Shown here one piece after another: positions 1-11,069 of a DNA stretch of 64,000 nt. The notes beneath the pieces were generated by a model that was not told the DNA's origin, searched no databases, and saw only the letters and a list, made by a program, of their open reading frames with translations. The stretch lies in the NCBI GenBank assembly GCA_964486045.1, contig CAZALK010000016.1, forward strand, positions 67,853-131,852, written 5' to 3'. The DNA is from an uncultured archaeon (GTDB lineage: Archaea; Asgardarchaeota; Lokiarchaeia; Sigyniarchaeales; SOKP01). Position 1 is the first letter of the stretch, and each line of letters opens with the position of its first letter. The position numbers and the translations under genes are program-made.

Positions 1-764
1 TTCAGTTTTATTAATTCTGGAATAGCCTCAAATATAGAACCACAGGAATGATAGATTACTTTTAAGCCGTAACTTTTAGCTTGATCTACTATTTTTTTGG
101 CTCCAGGCATTGCAAATTTGTTTATAAGCTTGGGAGATAGCATTAAACGTTTTTGACCTCCAAAATCATTTCCAATAAGAATCGCATCAAGTTTCCCTTT
201 AGTCGCTTCATAAAATATTTTATTAGATTTTAGATAAAAATCCACAATTTTATTATGAACTTCTATAAAAATTTCTGGTCGTTTGAGCATATTAATAAAC
301 GCTTTTTCCATTCCAAAAGCAGAATAGACATCTTGGAAATGGGCTGACCAGAGTACACCCATTATCGCAAAATCTTCAGGCACTGCGTCTACAACCCTTC
401 TACATTCCTCGGGATCAATATGATCTGTAGGATCAGGCCAATCAAAGGCATCAATATCATTCTTTAAAGGATCTTTATAATCTTCGAAAAAACCGGGAGC
501 AGTTAAAGATCGATTTTCCATGGATTGTCCCCCTTTCGGGAAATTAAATGCCATTGCGATATGATTGTTTGGAGGATCATTATATGGTATATCGATTTCC
601 CAAATATCTGTATCTATTTTTAATTTCAACTCTTGTAGATTCTGAACATTAAAATATTTAAATAAGTTTTCTAATGCAGCTGCTACGGGCATCCCCAGCC
701 AACATGCGGGTCTATCTACCGGCTTGCGCTCGATTGTAGCTAAAAATCTTTCTTTATGATTCAA
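1..764 (-). CDS. Uroporphyrinogen decarboxylase/MtaA-CmuA (URO-D) family protein, partial (runs off window start)
   Basis: Not in the ORF track. Manual translation from TTG at 764: MNHKERFLATIERKPVDRPACWLG...FDWPDP...ILIGNDFGGQKRLMLSP...VIYHSCGSIFEAIPELI. The ERF..DR N-terminus, DF+SP motif and HSCG Zn motif are typical of the family. Confidence 0.85.
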   Translation of the reverse strand, partial: MNHKERFLATIERKPVDRPACWLGMPVAAALENLFKYFNVQNLQELKLKIDTDIWEIDIPYNDPPNNHIAMAFNFPKGGQSMENRSLTAPGFFEDYKDPLKNDIDAFDWPDPTDHIDPEECRRVVDAVPEDFAIMGVLWSAHFQDVYSAFGMEKAFINMLKRPEIFIEVHNKIVDFYLKSNKIFYEATKGKLDAILIGNDFGGQKRLMLSPKLINKFAMPGAKKIVDQAKSYGLKVIYHSCGSIFEAIPELIKL

Positions 765-775
765 CTAATTCTACC

Positions 776-2140
776 CTAGCTCAATATTATCTTAAATGAA
801 ATTGCAGGTGAATCTTCGATTTTTTCGGGGAGTTTAATAATTAAATTATTATCTTTCATCCTCCACTGTAGGTTTTCTTCAATTCCCAGTAGATTAACTT
901 CTGAAATTTCTTTTATATCAAGATCTTCTATAATTATTTCATCTTTTTCTGGTTTCCCCATTACAATCACATAGAGATTCTCTTTATTATTTGTAAATCT
1001 CACGGGGATTGCTTCAGTGGTAGTTCCTTCAGCATGGTTCCAAGGTCTAGTTCTAAAAATAGCCTCTCCATTCACATCTAACCATCTACCAAGCTCTAAT
1101 AGCCGTTGTTCTTGAATTTCAGGAATTTTACCATCTACCATTGGACCGACATTTAGTAGAAGATTTCCATTTTTACTTACAATATCAACAAGTAAAAAGA
1201 CTAAATCTTTAAGCGTTAAGTAATCATCTTCCGATTCAAATTGATTATATCCAAAAGAATTGCCGATTCCCCTGCAAACCTCCCATTTTTTCTTCTTTAT
1301 TTTCTTTTCTATCTTATATTCAGGTGTGGTATAATCATAATGAATTGATCGAAACCTCTTCTCTTTGGGAAGATATTGATTCCATCTATTATTCACAACA
1401 CCTTCGGTTATATTGTTATAATAGTAAGCAAAAATTTCATACAGATCAACCCCAGCAGGATATCCCATATCACTCCACAGAATTTCAGGTTGATATCTAT
1501 CAATTAGCTCGTACCAATGATTAGTTACCCATTTTGCGTATTTTATGCTTTGCTCATAATGTTTGGTAAAGCTTGGACCATCCATTATTGGGAAAAGATT
1601 AAAGGACCAATCCCAAGCACTTGAGTAATAAAAACCCATATTCATTCCTTCTTTTTTAACGGCACTCGTCAGTTCTCCAACTATATCTCTATTAGCAATA
1701 TAATTTTCTTTATTTGGATTAGGGTATTTACTTGGCCATAAAAGAAAACCCTCGCAATGTTTTGTTGTTAGAATAACATATTTTGCTCCAATTTTCTTAA
1801 ATAAACTAGCCCATTTTTTCGGATTCCATTTTTTAATTCCTTCATTGAAAAGAGGAACAAAATCATCATAAGAGAAATTCTCTCCATAATTTTTAAAATG
1901 ATATTCTTGAGTTGGGCTTCCATCAACTCTTAGAGAATTTAAATACCATTCAGCATAGGGATTATTTTTGAAATGTTCTTCTGCTCCTCTTTTCAAAGAA
2001 TCTACAAGGTCTATTCCTGTTACTGCAAAAGCCGGAACAGAAAAGAGTCCCCAATGGATAAAAATACCGAGTTTGGCATCATGAAACCACTCAGGGATTT
2101 TATGCTGCTTTATTGATTCAGAAGTTGGTAGAAATTTCAT
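776..2140 (-). CDS. Alpha-L-fucosidase, GH29
   Basis: WFHDAKLGIFIHWG, YAEWY, TTKHCEGF, LWSD nucleophile region, WE..RGIG.SFGY and DIVSKNGNLLLNVGP motifs. Confidence 0.95.
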   Translation of the reverse strand: MKFLPTSESIKQHKIPEWFHDAKLGIFIHWGLFSVPAFAVTGIDLVDSLKRGAEEHFKNNPYAEWYLNSLRVDGSPTQEYHFKNYGENFSYDDFVPLFNEGIKKWNPKKWASLFKKIGAKYVILTTKHCEGFLLWPSKYPNPNKENYIANRDIVGELTSAVKKEGMNMGFYYSSAWDWSFNLFPIMDGPSFTKHYEQSIKYAKWVTNHWYELIDRYQPEILWSDMGYPAGVDLYEIFAYYYNNITEGVVNNRWNQYLPKEKRFRSIHYDYTTPEYKIEKKIKKKKWEVCRGIGNSFGYNQFESEDDYLTLKDLVFLLVDIVSKNGNLLLNVGPMVDGKIPEIQEQRLLELGRWLDVNGEAIFRTRPWNHAEGTTTEAIPVRFTNNKENLYVIVMGKPEKDEIIIEDLDIKEISEVNLLGIEENLQWRMKDNNLIIKLPEKIEDSPAISFKIILS

Positions 2141-2222
2141 TTTTATTCTCTTCAGAAGTTTTTTAATCTTATAATAGGTTTTTTTGGCAAATCTAGCAAA
2201 ATATGATATTTAAAAAATAAGT

Positions 2223-3584
2223 TTAAAATATTTTTAGAACATAAGCAGCAGAGTCAGATATACTTTTTGGTAAAGACATCTCAATATTTTCACCTTTTTG
2301 TTTCCATGTTAGGCTTTTTTCATTACCTAATAATTGTATTTTTTTAGATTCTTCAATTTTAATTGATATTATCGTTAAATTTTTTTGTTGTGGTTTGTCT
2401 AACATATGTATATACAAAATTTCACCTTTCTGTGTAAATCTAAGGTCGATATCATCTGAAGTTTTTCCCTCTGCCCTCTCCCAAGGTCGAGTTCCATATA
2501 TTGCTTCCCCATTTATTTCAAGCCATTTACCAAGGCCTAGTATAGCTTTCTTTTGGAATTCTGGAATTGTACCATCTGCCATAGGTCCAACATTAAGTAA
2601 AAGATTTCCATTTTTACTTACAATATCAATAAACATAACTATTAACTCTTTGGGACTGAGATAATCTTGTTCAGTTTCCATTTGATTATACCCGAATGAA
2701 TGACCGACTCCACGGGTACTTTCCCACTTATAATCTGTAATTTCGGGCATTATCTTGTACTCTGGAGTTGCAAAGTCTCGATGTCTCACTTTAGGATGTT
2801 TAAAATTTGATTTCTGAATTTGGATCCATCTATCGTTTACTACTCCATCAGGATGCTTATTATAAAAGTAAGCAAAAATTTCATAGACGTTGGTGTTTGG
2901 TGGATATCCTATATCGTTCCATAATATAATAGGATCGTAATCATCAATTAATTCATACCAGTGATTATTGGCATAATTAGTATATTCTATCATGGTTGGA
3001 CCATTAGTGTTAAAACTCTTACCATCGCTTATTGGTATTGGATTCCATGACCAATCTAAAGCCCCGGAATAGTAAAATCCCATCTTTAATCCACTTCCTT
3101 TAACTGTCTTAGTAAGTTCTCCTACTATATCTCGACTTGCGTGATAATTATCTTTATTGGGATTTGGATATTTACTCGGCCATAGCGTGAATCCATCATG
3201 ATGTTTAGTTACTAAAACAACATACTTTGCTCCAGCTTTTTTAAATAATTCAACCATTTTATCCGGATTCCACTTTTGTATCTCATCATTAAAAATAGAT
3301 ACAAAATCGTCATATTCAGATTCCTCACCATAATTTTCTTTTTGATATTTTTGTGTTGGACTTCCATTAATTCGGAGTGAATTTAAATACCACTCAGCGT
3401 AAGGATTATTTTTAAAATGCTCTTCAATTCCCCTCTTCTGTGATTCACCGAGATCAATTTTCGATTGAGCAAAAGCAGGAACAGAGAAGAGCCCCCAATG
3501 AATAAAAATACCAAGTTTAGCGTTATTAAACCAATCAGGAACCTTATGTGATTTAATTGATTCCTTATCTGGTGTATAATTCAT
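2223..3584 (-). CDS. Alpha-L-fucosidase, GH29 (paralog)
   Basis: Same GH29 motifs (KHHDGF, LWND, DIVSKNGNLLLNVGP); clearly paralogous to 776..2140. Confidence 0.95.
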   Translation of the reverse strand: MNYTPDKESIKSHKVPDWFNNAKLGIFIHWGLFSVPAFAQSKIDLGESQKRGIEEHFKNNPYAEWYLNSLRINGSPTQKYQKENYGEESEYDDFVSIFNDEIQKWNPDKMVELFKKAGAKYVVLVTKHHDGFTLWPSKYPNPNKDNYHASRDIVGELTKTVKGSGLKMGFYYSGALDWSWNPIPISDGKSFNTNGPTMIEYTNYANNHWYELIDDYDPIILWNDIGYPPNTNVYEIFAYFYNKHPDGVVNDRWIQIQKSNFKHPKVRHRDFATPEYKIMPEITDYKWESTRGVGHSFGYNQMETEQDYLSPKELIVMFIDIVSKNGNLLLNVGPMADGTIPEFQKKAILGLGKWLEINGEAIYGTRPWERAEGKTSDDIDLRFTQKGEILYIHMLDKPQQKNLTIISIKIEESKKIQLLGNEKSLTWKQKGENIEMSLPKSISDSAAYVLKIF

Positions 3585-3637
3585 ATTTTACCTTTTCTTA
3601 TTTTTAGATGTATTATATTAATAAAATATTACCTTTA

Positions 3638-5446
3638 TTATTTATATAATGGTCCCAATGCCTTACATGCTCTAAAGTCTGCTCCTTCTAAGTCTTTCGT
3701 TCCATATGCACTCCATGTGCTTGGTCGAAAAATTAATTCTTCTGGAACATTATGCATACTTACGGGAATTCTTAATAAAGAAGTTAAAGTTAGCATTTTA
3801 GCCCCTATATGACCGTAGCATAAAGCACCATGATTTGCACCCCAGTTATTCATAACATTATAAACTGATTTAAAAGCACCCTCTCCGGTTAATTTTGGAA
3901 CGAACCACGTTGTAGGCCAAGTATTATTTGTACGATCATCTAGAATCTGGTGAATTTCTTCAGGAATATTGATTGCCCATCCTTCAGCCAATTGAAACAC
4001 TAAACCAAGATCTTTTATTATATTTACTCTTGACATAGTCATGGGCATAACCCCTTTTGTAAGGAAGTTGGAAGAAAAGCCACCACCTCGGAAATATTCA
4101 TTAACGACAGAATCCCACTTAGTTGACGCAAGACATCTTTCCATTTCTTCGACAGAAATTTTCCAAAAGGGTTTCATAACGGGTTGATTATTAGATTCTT
4201 GCTGACCAGTTCCATCCATTGAAGCTGAACCAGAATTGATTAAGTGTATCATTCCATTTTTTGCTTTTCCAGTTAATTCCATTCGAGTGACACGTTTTAC
4301 AGCTTCGGGACTCCAATAAGTTCTTACATCAGCAAAAACTTGAGATGTTTGGGTTAATAGGTGTCCAAAAAGCATAGCAATTCCATTCAATGCATCATTT
4401 TCAGTCGCCATTATATAAGGTTGCCTAATTCCATTCCAATCGAATGAGCTGTTCAATATTGTTTCCATAAAATCTCCATTTGGTAAGAAATCTGTCCATT
4501 GACGTTGTCCTTGGAAACCAGCTGCGATCGCATTATGTCCTAGTGATTCTTCCCCGAATCCAAAATCTTTAAGTCTTGGATTACCTACCATTAGATCTCG
4601 ACAAATCATAGTCATCTTAATAATTGTTTCCCATTCTTTATCTTTTTGCTCTCTTGTTTTTTGTACTTCAATAGGATTCGTATCTTTCCCTTCCTTACAT
4701 TTCTCTCTTACCCATTTTTTAGCTTTAATGTATTCTTCCTTGTCGTAGATTTCTTCACTAATTCTTCTAATAATTTCAGACATGTCTACGTATTCGTTTC
4801 TCATCCCTAGATAATCTTGAAAATAATTTTCTTGCACAATTGAACCAGCAATTCCCATAGAAACTCCACCAATAGATAAATATGACTTTCCTCTCATCCA
4901 TGCTACAGCAAGCCCTGCTTGGGTAAATCGCAGGAGTTTTTCTTTAACATCTTCAGGAATACTTGTGTCATCTTCATCTTGAACATCTTTTCCATAAATA
5001 CCAAAGGCAGGTAATCCTTTTTGATTGTGAGCTGCTAAAACTGCCGCAAGGTATACTGCACCAGGTCTTTCTGTCCCATTGAAACCCCATAAAGCTTTGG
5101 GTATATAGGGATCCATATCCATCGTTTCAGATCCATAACACCAACAGGGTGTAACAGTTATAGATAATCCTACGTTTTCTTTTTTGAATTTATCAGCACA
5201 TAAAGCAGCTTGGGCAACTCCACCTATTGTGGAATCTGCGATAACGGATTCAACGGGTAATCCATTTGGGTGTTTTAGGTTCTGAGATAATAAATCTGCT
5301 ACAGCGTTAGCCATACCCATTGTTTGGTCTTCTAAAGATTCCCTTACACCTTTTTCCCTACCGTCAATTGTAGGTCGGATACCTACTTTTGGAATTAATC
5401 CTCTTAATCTTCTTACTCCAACATGCCTTTCCAATTTTGACACCAT
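3638..5446 (-). CDS. fucI: L-fucose isomerase
   Basis: [54 protein letters not shown] and ADFRAC motifs; about 600 aa. Confidence 0.97.
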   Translation of the reverse strand: MVSKLERHVGVRRLRGLIPKVGIRPTIDGREKGVRESLEDQTMGMANAVADLLSQNLKHPNGLPVESVIADSTIGGVAQAALCADKFKKENVGLSITVTPCWCYGSETMDMDPYIPKALWGFNGTERPGAVYLAAVLAAHNQKGLPAFGIYGKDVQDEDDTSIPEDVKEKLLRFTQAGLAVAWMRGKSYLSIGGVSMGIAGSIVQENYFQDYLGMRNEYVDMSEIIRRISEEIYDKEEYIKAKKWVREKCKEGKDTNPIEVQKTREQKDKEWETIIKMTMICRDLMVGNPRLKDFGFGEESLGHNAIAAGFQGQRQWTDFLPNGDFMETILNSSFDWNGIRQPYIMATENDALNGIAMLFGHLLTQTSQVFADVRTYWSPEAVKRVTRMELTGKAKNGMIHLINSGSASMDGTGQQESNNQPVMKPFWKISVEEMERCLASTKWDSVVNEYFRGGGFSSNFLTKGVMPMTMSRVNIIKDLGLVFQLAEGWAINIPEEIHQILDDRTNNTWPTTWFVPKLTGEGAFKSVYNVMNNWGANHGALCYGHIGAKMLTLTSLLRIPVSMHNVPEELIFRPSTWSAYGTKDLEGADFRACKALGPLYK

Positions 5447-5494
5447 TATGAGATTTAAATTACTATATTTTAAATTTAAAATTATAAATGAGTA

Positions 5495-6106
5495 TTACCA
5501 TTCTGAGAAGTATTTTTCTTTTGAATAATCCCTTTTTAATGATTTCCCTGTCATCATTGTATAATATCTTATCATGGCTGATTGTTCTGCGCCAGTAACA
5601 TTTTGAAGGGCATCATATAATGTATTTCCTTTGGCAAAAACTCCATGAGCTCTTACTACAACAATCGGATAATTTTTAAGGACTTTTGGCACCTCTCTCG
5701 CAGCATCTATTGGCCCCGCGGGATTTTCTACTTCAATAACGGGTATTTTTCTATACCTATAGATACCTTCAGCATCAAGACAGGTGATTGCATCTTCTAA
5801 GAGTGATAATATTACACAGAAGGGATTGTGAGCATGAATTACAGCCATCGCATCTGTATTTAGATAGATTTGACGATGGACATCTGTTTCTGTGCTTGAC
5901 AACATAATACCAGAATCGGTCTTATAGAGATCTGTTTCAATAATATCCTCAAGCTCTAAATATCCTAACATGGCTCCCCTTCTCTTGATGAGGATTTTTC
6001 CCCCAGATCTCATACTAATGTTTCCCGAGTGGGAAGTGTTATACCGATGATCAGTTAAAATCTTCCCTGTAATATTAAACTGCTTGTAAGTTTCAGCGTC
6101 AATCAT
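5495..6106 (-). CDS. fucA: Class II aldolase (L-fuculose-1-phosphate aldolase-like)
   Basis: SGNIS, SSTE..H, VIHAH and HGV Zn-ligand motifs; adjacent to fucI. Confidence 0.8.
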   Translation of the reverse strand: MIDAETYKQFNITGKILTDHRYNTSHSGNISMRSGGKILIKRRGAMLGYLELEDIIETDLYKTDSGIMLSSTETDVHRQIYLNTDAMAVIHAHNPFCVILSLLEDAITCLDAEGIYRYRKIPVIEVENPAGPIDAAREVPKVLKNYPIVVVRAHGVFAKGNTLYDALQNVTGAEQSAMIRYYTMMTGKSLKRDYSKEKYFSEW

Positions 6107-6148
6107 TACATTTCTCGTTAAGATTTTATTTACTTTTAATTATAATTA

Positions 6149-7954
6149 TTAAACTAATCTTTTTATAGATAGCCTTTCAAGTAATTCTTCAGTAGGATTG
6201 CCATTTTCATCCCATTGCCTTACAGAGTAATAATCTTGTAAAAGACGTTTAAGCGGAACTACTTTTCCTTTTGAAGGTCCTTCCATTAGTGGAGTCTCCA
6301 AAAATCTACTTGGTAATGTATCATCCTTTTTTGAAAATCCCTCTCTAATGTTATATAAGCGCTCTAAATTGTATATTCTTTCTCCTATGGTGATAAGATT
6401 AGTAATGGAAATCTCTCTGTTTAAAATAGAACTTAAAAATCTAGCCTGGAATTCGAATCCAAGGGCGTATCCTACAAATTTGCATACAATTAGAGAATCT
6501 TCGACTGCGCTCTGATTTTGTTTTAAAAATAAGAGATCAGATTTACCATTAACTGAAAATCTATTAACAAGTTTTGGTACTCCTAGTATTTCTAAAGCAG
6601 CCAGAAAGCCTGTTAAATGACAAGCACCTCTGGAACTCACAGCATAATTTAAAGCATGACCAAAAGCACCTCTGGGATCGTAAGCTGGAATTTCCATTCC
6701 TTTTACTTGCATTGCATAATCCAAAGCATCATGACTTCTTGAAAACCTTAAAGAACCTTCTGCAAGCTCATCTCCGATTCCATTTCTTGATGCTATTTTT
6801 TCAATAATGTTGCAAAGTATCTCTTCTTTCCCAAATTTAAGGTTAGGATCGTTAAGAATATTATTTTTCTGAAGATCCATAGCACATGCTATTGTACCTC
6901 CCGTTGATATTGTATCTAAGCCATATTCATTACATAAATAATTTGCATGTGTAATTTCTTTTAGGTTAAATATTCCTGTTAATGGTCCTAAGGCCCATAG
7001 AGATTCGTATTCTGGACCTTTTCCGCTCATCTCCCCCGTGTTTGTCATTCTACCGCATTTAATTATACAATTATAACATCCTTCGTTATTTTCTAAATAC
7101 ATTTCTCGTAATTTTTCCCCACTTACCTTATCTATTAAATTTGTATCAGTAAAAGCTGATTGAAAATTTCTTACTGGAAACATTCCGAATAAATTTATAA
7201 CTTTCACTAAAGCAGCAGTTCCAAACATTGCTAACCCTTGAGAAGTTATTGGAACGACTCTAATCTTATCTAAGGCTATAACATTAAGTTTTCTCATATA
7301 TTCCTTGTTTTTTATCGGGAATTTTTTATTCCCATTTTTCACAACGATCGCTTTAAGGTTTTTTGAACCCATTACGGCTCCGACACCCCCACGACCAAAG
7401 GCTCGATGTGCTTGGTTTATTATAGAAGAAAATTTTACGAGGTTTTCCCCTGCTGGTCCAATACATAAAACTTGAGAGTTTTTCCCTTCTATTTCTTTAA
7501 TTTTTTTAACTAAATTGGAAGTTTTTAACCCCCATAATTCTAAGGCATCTTTTATCTCAACCTTATTATTCCCATCAATTACAATGTATCCTCTATCTTC
7601 ATCTTGTAATTTATTAGAAATTATTAGGCAATCATATCCACACTTCTTAAAATAAGGTCCCCAATAACCTCCAGAATTTGAATGAAAAATTGTATTTGTT
7701 AAAGGAGATTTGGTCACTAAGGAAAACCTACCACTTGTTGGGACAGTGCTACTAGTTACAGGACCAACTGAAAAAATTAGGAGATTTTCTTTTGATAGGG
7801 GATCAATACCTCTTGGTATAAGATCTGTAAATAGCTTTACACCTAATCCTCTACCCCCCAAATAGTTTAAAAGAGTTTGACTCTCGATTTCATCAACCAT
7901 CATCCTTTCAGTTGATAAATCAATATGTAAAATTTGATTATTCATTCCTTCCAT
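6149..7954 (-). CDS. aor: Tungsten-type aldehyde:ferredoxin oxidoreductase
   Basis: YLGGRGLG, KSPLT, CIGPAGENLV, GRGGVGAVMGSKNLKA, CxxCxxxC, GPEYE, GLDTIS and DPR..RGACH motifs. Confidence 0.93.
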   Translation of the reverse strand: MEGMNNQILHIDLSTERMMVDEIESQTLLNYLGGRGLGVKLFTDLIPRGIDPLSKENLLIFSVGPVTSSTVPTSGRFSLVTKSPLTNTIFHSNSGGYWGPYFKKCGYDCLIISNKLQDEDRGYIVIDGNNKVEIKDALELWGLKTSNLVKKIKEIEGKNSQVLCIGPAGENLVKFSSIINQAHRAFGRGGVGAVMGSKNLKAIVVKNGNKKFPIKNKEYMRKLNVIALDKIRVVPITSQGLAMFGTAALVKVINLFGMFPVRNFQSAFTDTNLIDKVSGEKLREMYLENNEGCYNCIIKCGRMTNTGEMSGKGPEYESLWALGPLTGIFNLKEITHANYLCNEYGLDTISTGGTIACAMDLQKNNILNDPNLKFGKEEILCNIIEKIASRNGIGDELAEGSLRFSRSHDALDYAMQVKGMEIPAYDPRGAFGHALNYAVSSRGACHLTGFLAALEILGVPKLVNRFSVNGKSDLLFLKQNQSAVEDSLIVCKFVGYALGFEFQARFLSSILNREISITNLITIGERIYNLERLYNIREGFSKKDDTLPSRFLETPLMEGPSKGKVVPLKRLLQDYYSVRQWDENGNPTEELLERLSIKRLV

Positions 7955-8058
7955 TATAAGAAAAAAGTAAAATAAAAAATTAAATTACTTAAATTATAAA
8001 TTTTAATACATTCTTTAATTTTCTTATCATTTGAAAGAGATACTACCATCTTATTACT

Positions 8059-8979
8059 ATGAAAATTGTTAATATTACATCTAATTTCCATGATATTCAA
8101 TTGGATCTTAAAGGAACCAATTTTACGAGTACTTTAAGTTCATGGGCATTTAAAGATGATAATTTGTGTTTTCTTGTAGATACTGGACCAACATCAGCTA
8201 TAGATTCATTGAAAATCGCATTGGACAAAATAGGTATTAAGAAAAACGATCTTAAGTATATTTTGATTACACACATCCACCAAGACCATGCGGGAGGAGT
8301 AGGAAAATTGATTAAATCATTTCCCCGAGCTCAAATCATCTGTCATCCAAAAGGGATCAAACACTTAATAAATCCTAAAAAGCTTTGGGAGGGAAGTTTA
8401 AAAGTCTTGGGGAAAGTAGCAGAATTATATGGAGAGATTATACCTGTGCCCGAAGAAAGAATTGGTTATCAAGAAGAGGTTGGAAATGGGAGTATAAGAG
8501 TTATTGAAACTTCAGGACATGCACCACATCATCAATCTTACCTCTTTAATAAATATTTATTGATTGGAGAAGCAGCCGGAGTGAATATCCCCCTACCTGG
8601 GAAAATCTATATTCGTCCAGCTACACCCCCTGTTTTCAATTACGATATTTCTAGAGCCACAATTCAAAAGTTATTAGATGAAGATTTGGGTGCGAAAAAA
8701 ATATGTTTTGCACATTATGGAATTAAAGATGATGTTGAATCAATGCTTATAATTGCCAAGGAACAACTTGCAATATGGGTACAAGTAATTAGTGAGTTAA
8801 TTGATTCAAAGAATAAATCAGACTATTTTGAGAAAGTGAGAAATGAATTAAAAAAAAATGATATTTATTTTGCGAATATAGATGTTATGGATGAAAACGC
8901 AAGAGAAAAAGAATTCTTCTTTGTTGAAAATTGTATTAGAGGTATCACAGACTATCTTGAGAAAAGGACGAAATTATAA
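8059..8979 (+). CDS. MBL-fold metallo-hydrolase
   Basis: VDTG, THIHQDHAGG, GHAPHH and AHYG motifs. Confidence 0.9.
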   Translation: MKIVNITSNFHDIQLDLKGTNFTSTLSSWAFKDDNLCFLVDTGPTSAIDSLKIALDKIGIKKNDLKYILITHIHQDHAGGVGKLIKSFPRAQIICHPKGIKHLINPKKLWEGSLKVLGKVAELYGEIIPVPEERIGYQEEVGNGSIRVIETSGHAPHHQSYLFNKYLLIGEAAGVNIPLPGKIYIRPATPPVFNYDISRATIQKLLDEDLGAKKICFAHYGIKDDVESMLIIAKEQLAIWVQVISELIDSKNKSDYFEKVRNELKKNDIYFANIDVMDENAREKEFFFVENCIRGITDYLEKRTKL

Positions 8980-9003
8980 AAAATAAATTGGTTTTTTCTT
9001 TTA

Positions 9004-9240
9004 TCAAATCGCATCGAATCCCAATTGAAGAGCGACTAAATTCGCTTCCAGTGCTTTATTTGGCACAGCATTAGAAATAACTCTTCTTATTTGATCTAAA
9101 CTTACAGGAAATCCTTTGAATTTGATCAAAGCCCCTAACAAAACGACATTAGAAGTAAGTGGGTTTCCTGCTTTATTTGCTTAATCCAAGGCATTTATGA
9201 TATGTATGATATATCTTATATTACTAATTTTGGCGATAGA
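9004..9240 (-). pseudogene. C-terminal fragment of an indolepyruvate/2-oxoacid:ferredoxin oxidoreductase beta/gamma-type subunit
   Basis: Manual translation IINALD*ANKAGNPLTSNVVLLGALIK...NKALEANLVALQLGFDAI*; in-frame TAA at 9183-9181; no N-terminal half or start. Confidence 0.7.
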
Positions 9241-9413
9241 TTCATTTTTTTTTTGCTCCCATAGAGAATGATGTTGATTTGTTATTGTTCTACTTTCTGA
9301 AATAAACAAAAAAAGAAAGATTTTCAAAAAATCTTACAAAATTATTTATATGAGAAGTAGAATCTAAAATTAAGAGATTTTATCACAAACAAAGTATTAA
9401 AAGTGGTAAACCA

Positions 9414-11039
9414 ATGAGAAAGGTTCTATTAAAAACTGCAATTTTAAGTGTAATTATATCATCCATAACTGCAGTATTAGGCTTAATTGGTTATATTCCT
9501 GGTCTTGGAGTTCTAGGCAGCATCCAAGATGAATTCATTCCAATGGCTCCAAGTACAGCTATTTCCTTCCTAATATTGAATTTGATCATTCTAATTCTTC
9601 CCCATGTAGATTGGAAGAGGCGTAATACATTAATTGGATGTTTTTTCGCAATTTTCGTTTCGCTTTTTGGAATATTGGAAACATTTGATGCTTTTTTAGG
9701 AACAGACCTAAACCTGGAGAATCTATTGATCCCAAGTGTCGGTACTCTTGGTTCCATACCTATAGCTCGTATGTCTCCATCAACGGGTTTTTTGTTCTTT
9801 ATCGCGGGATTGGCTACTTTTTCGCTGATATTTCTTAGATTTAAGAAGGAAAAAAGTCCCAAACTAATGCATTTAGCAGGTGTTTTAGGGGCATTGACTA
9901 TTTTAATTGCTCTGATCTTCTTTTTGGCTTACATATATGGAACTCCATTGTTGTATGGTCAAGGCTCTCTCGTTCCTATGGCATTAACAACAGCATTTGG
10001 ATTTTTAATGCTTGGAGTGGGTTTATTCGCTTCATCGGATAAGAAATCTTTTCCTTTAAGATTTATTGCTCAATCTAATACATATGCTCAACTACTTCGT
10101 ATATTCTTACCTTTAAGCATTATTGCGGTCTTATCGGGTAGTGTTGTTACAATCTTTATCCAACTCTTTTCTAATGTTAACGCAGCATTCATTTCCGCTA
10201 CAATTGTGGTTTTAGTTGCAGGAGTTACTGGTTTAGTTATTAATTGGGCCTCTAAAATCATAGGTGAATCTATCGATGAAGAACAAACCAAACGGAAGAA
10301 TATAGAAGTTTTGTTACAAGAAACACTATACCACACAGAATTATATAAAGACATTTTTGCTCATGATATAAATAACATCCTTCAAAATATTCTTTCAGCA
10401 AATCATGTTATTGGTACATCACTAGAAAAAGACACTCGACAAGGAAATAAAGAAATTATAGGGATGATGAATATAATTAAAGAGCAAGTTGATAGAGGGA
10501 GAAAATTGACATCAAACGTTAGGAGACTTACTCAAATTGAAGAACAAAAGCTTTCACTTAAATCCATAGATATTCTTAAAATTCTTAAAGATTCAATTCA
10601 ATTTTTACAAAATTCTAACCAAAACAAAAAAATAAATATTCTTATTGATTCATTTCAAGATACGCTATACCTCCAAGCTAATGAATTAATACAAGACTTG
10701 TTTGAAAATATTTTAATAAACGCAATCAAGCATAATAATGACGGTATCATTGAGATAAGTATTAAAATTTCAAAGGAAATACAAAATAAAGATAATTGTT
10801 GTAAGATAGAATTCAATGATAATGGTTTAGGAATAGAAGATGAAAGAAAGCTGACTATATTTGAGAGAGCTTCCTTTAATAAAACAACTAGAAACGGAAT
10901 GGGTCTAGGATTATCACTTGTAAAAAAAATAGTGGATAGTTTTAGAGGAAAAATCTGGGTTGAGGATAGAATTAAAGGAGAATACCCGAAAGGATCAAAA
11001 TTCATCATTTTACTTCCTATGAAAGGGATATCACGTTAA
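9414..11039 (+). CDS. Membrane sensor histidine kinase
   Basis: About 8 N-terminal TM segments; H-box FAHDINN, N-box ENILINAIKH, DNGLGI and GMGLGL G-boxes. Confidence 0.92.
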   Translation: MRKVLLKTAILSVIISSITAVLGLIGYIPGLGVLGSIQDEFIPMAPSTAISFLILNLIILILPHVDWKRRNTLIGCFFAIFVSLFGILETFDAFLGTDLNLENLLIPSVGTLGSIPIARMSPSTGFLFFIAGLATFSLIFLRFKKEKSPKLMHLAGVLGALTILIALIFFLAYIYGTPLLYGQGSLVPMALTTAFGFLMLGVGLFASSDKKSFPLRFIAQSNTYAQLLRIFLPLSIIAVLSGSVVTIFIQLFSNVNAAFISATIVVLVAGVTGLVINWASKIIGESIDEEQTKRKNIEVLLQETLYHTELYKDIFAHDINNILQNILSANHVIGTSLEKDTRQGNKEIIGMMNIIKEQVDRGRKLTSNVRRLTQIEEQKLSLKSIDILKILKDSIQFLQNSNQNKKINILIDSFQDTLYLQANELIQDLFENILINAIKHNNDGIIEISIKISKEIQNKDNCCKIEFNDNGLGIEDERKLTIFERASFNKTTRNGMGLGLSLVKKIVDSFRGKIWVEDRIKGEYPKGSKFIILLPMKGISR

Positions 11040-11069
11040 AATGAGGAAACATTAAATTTACTATTTATC

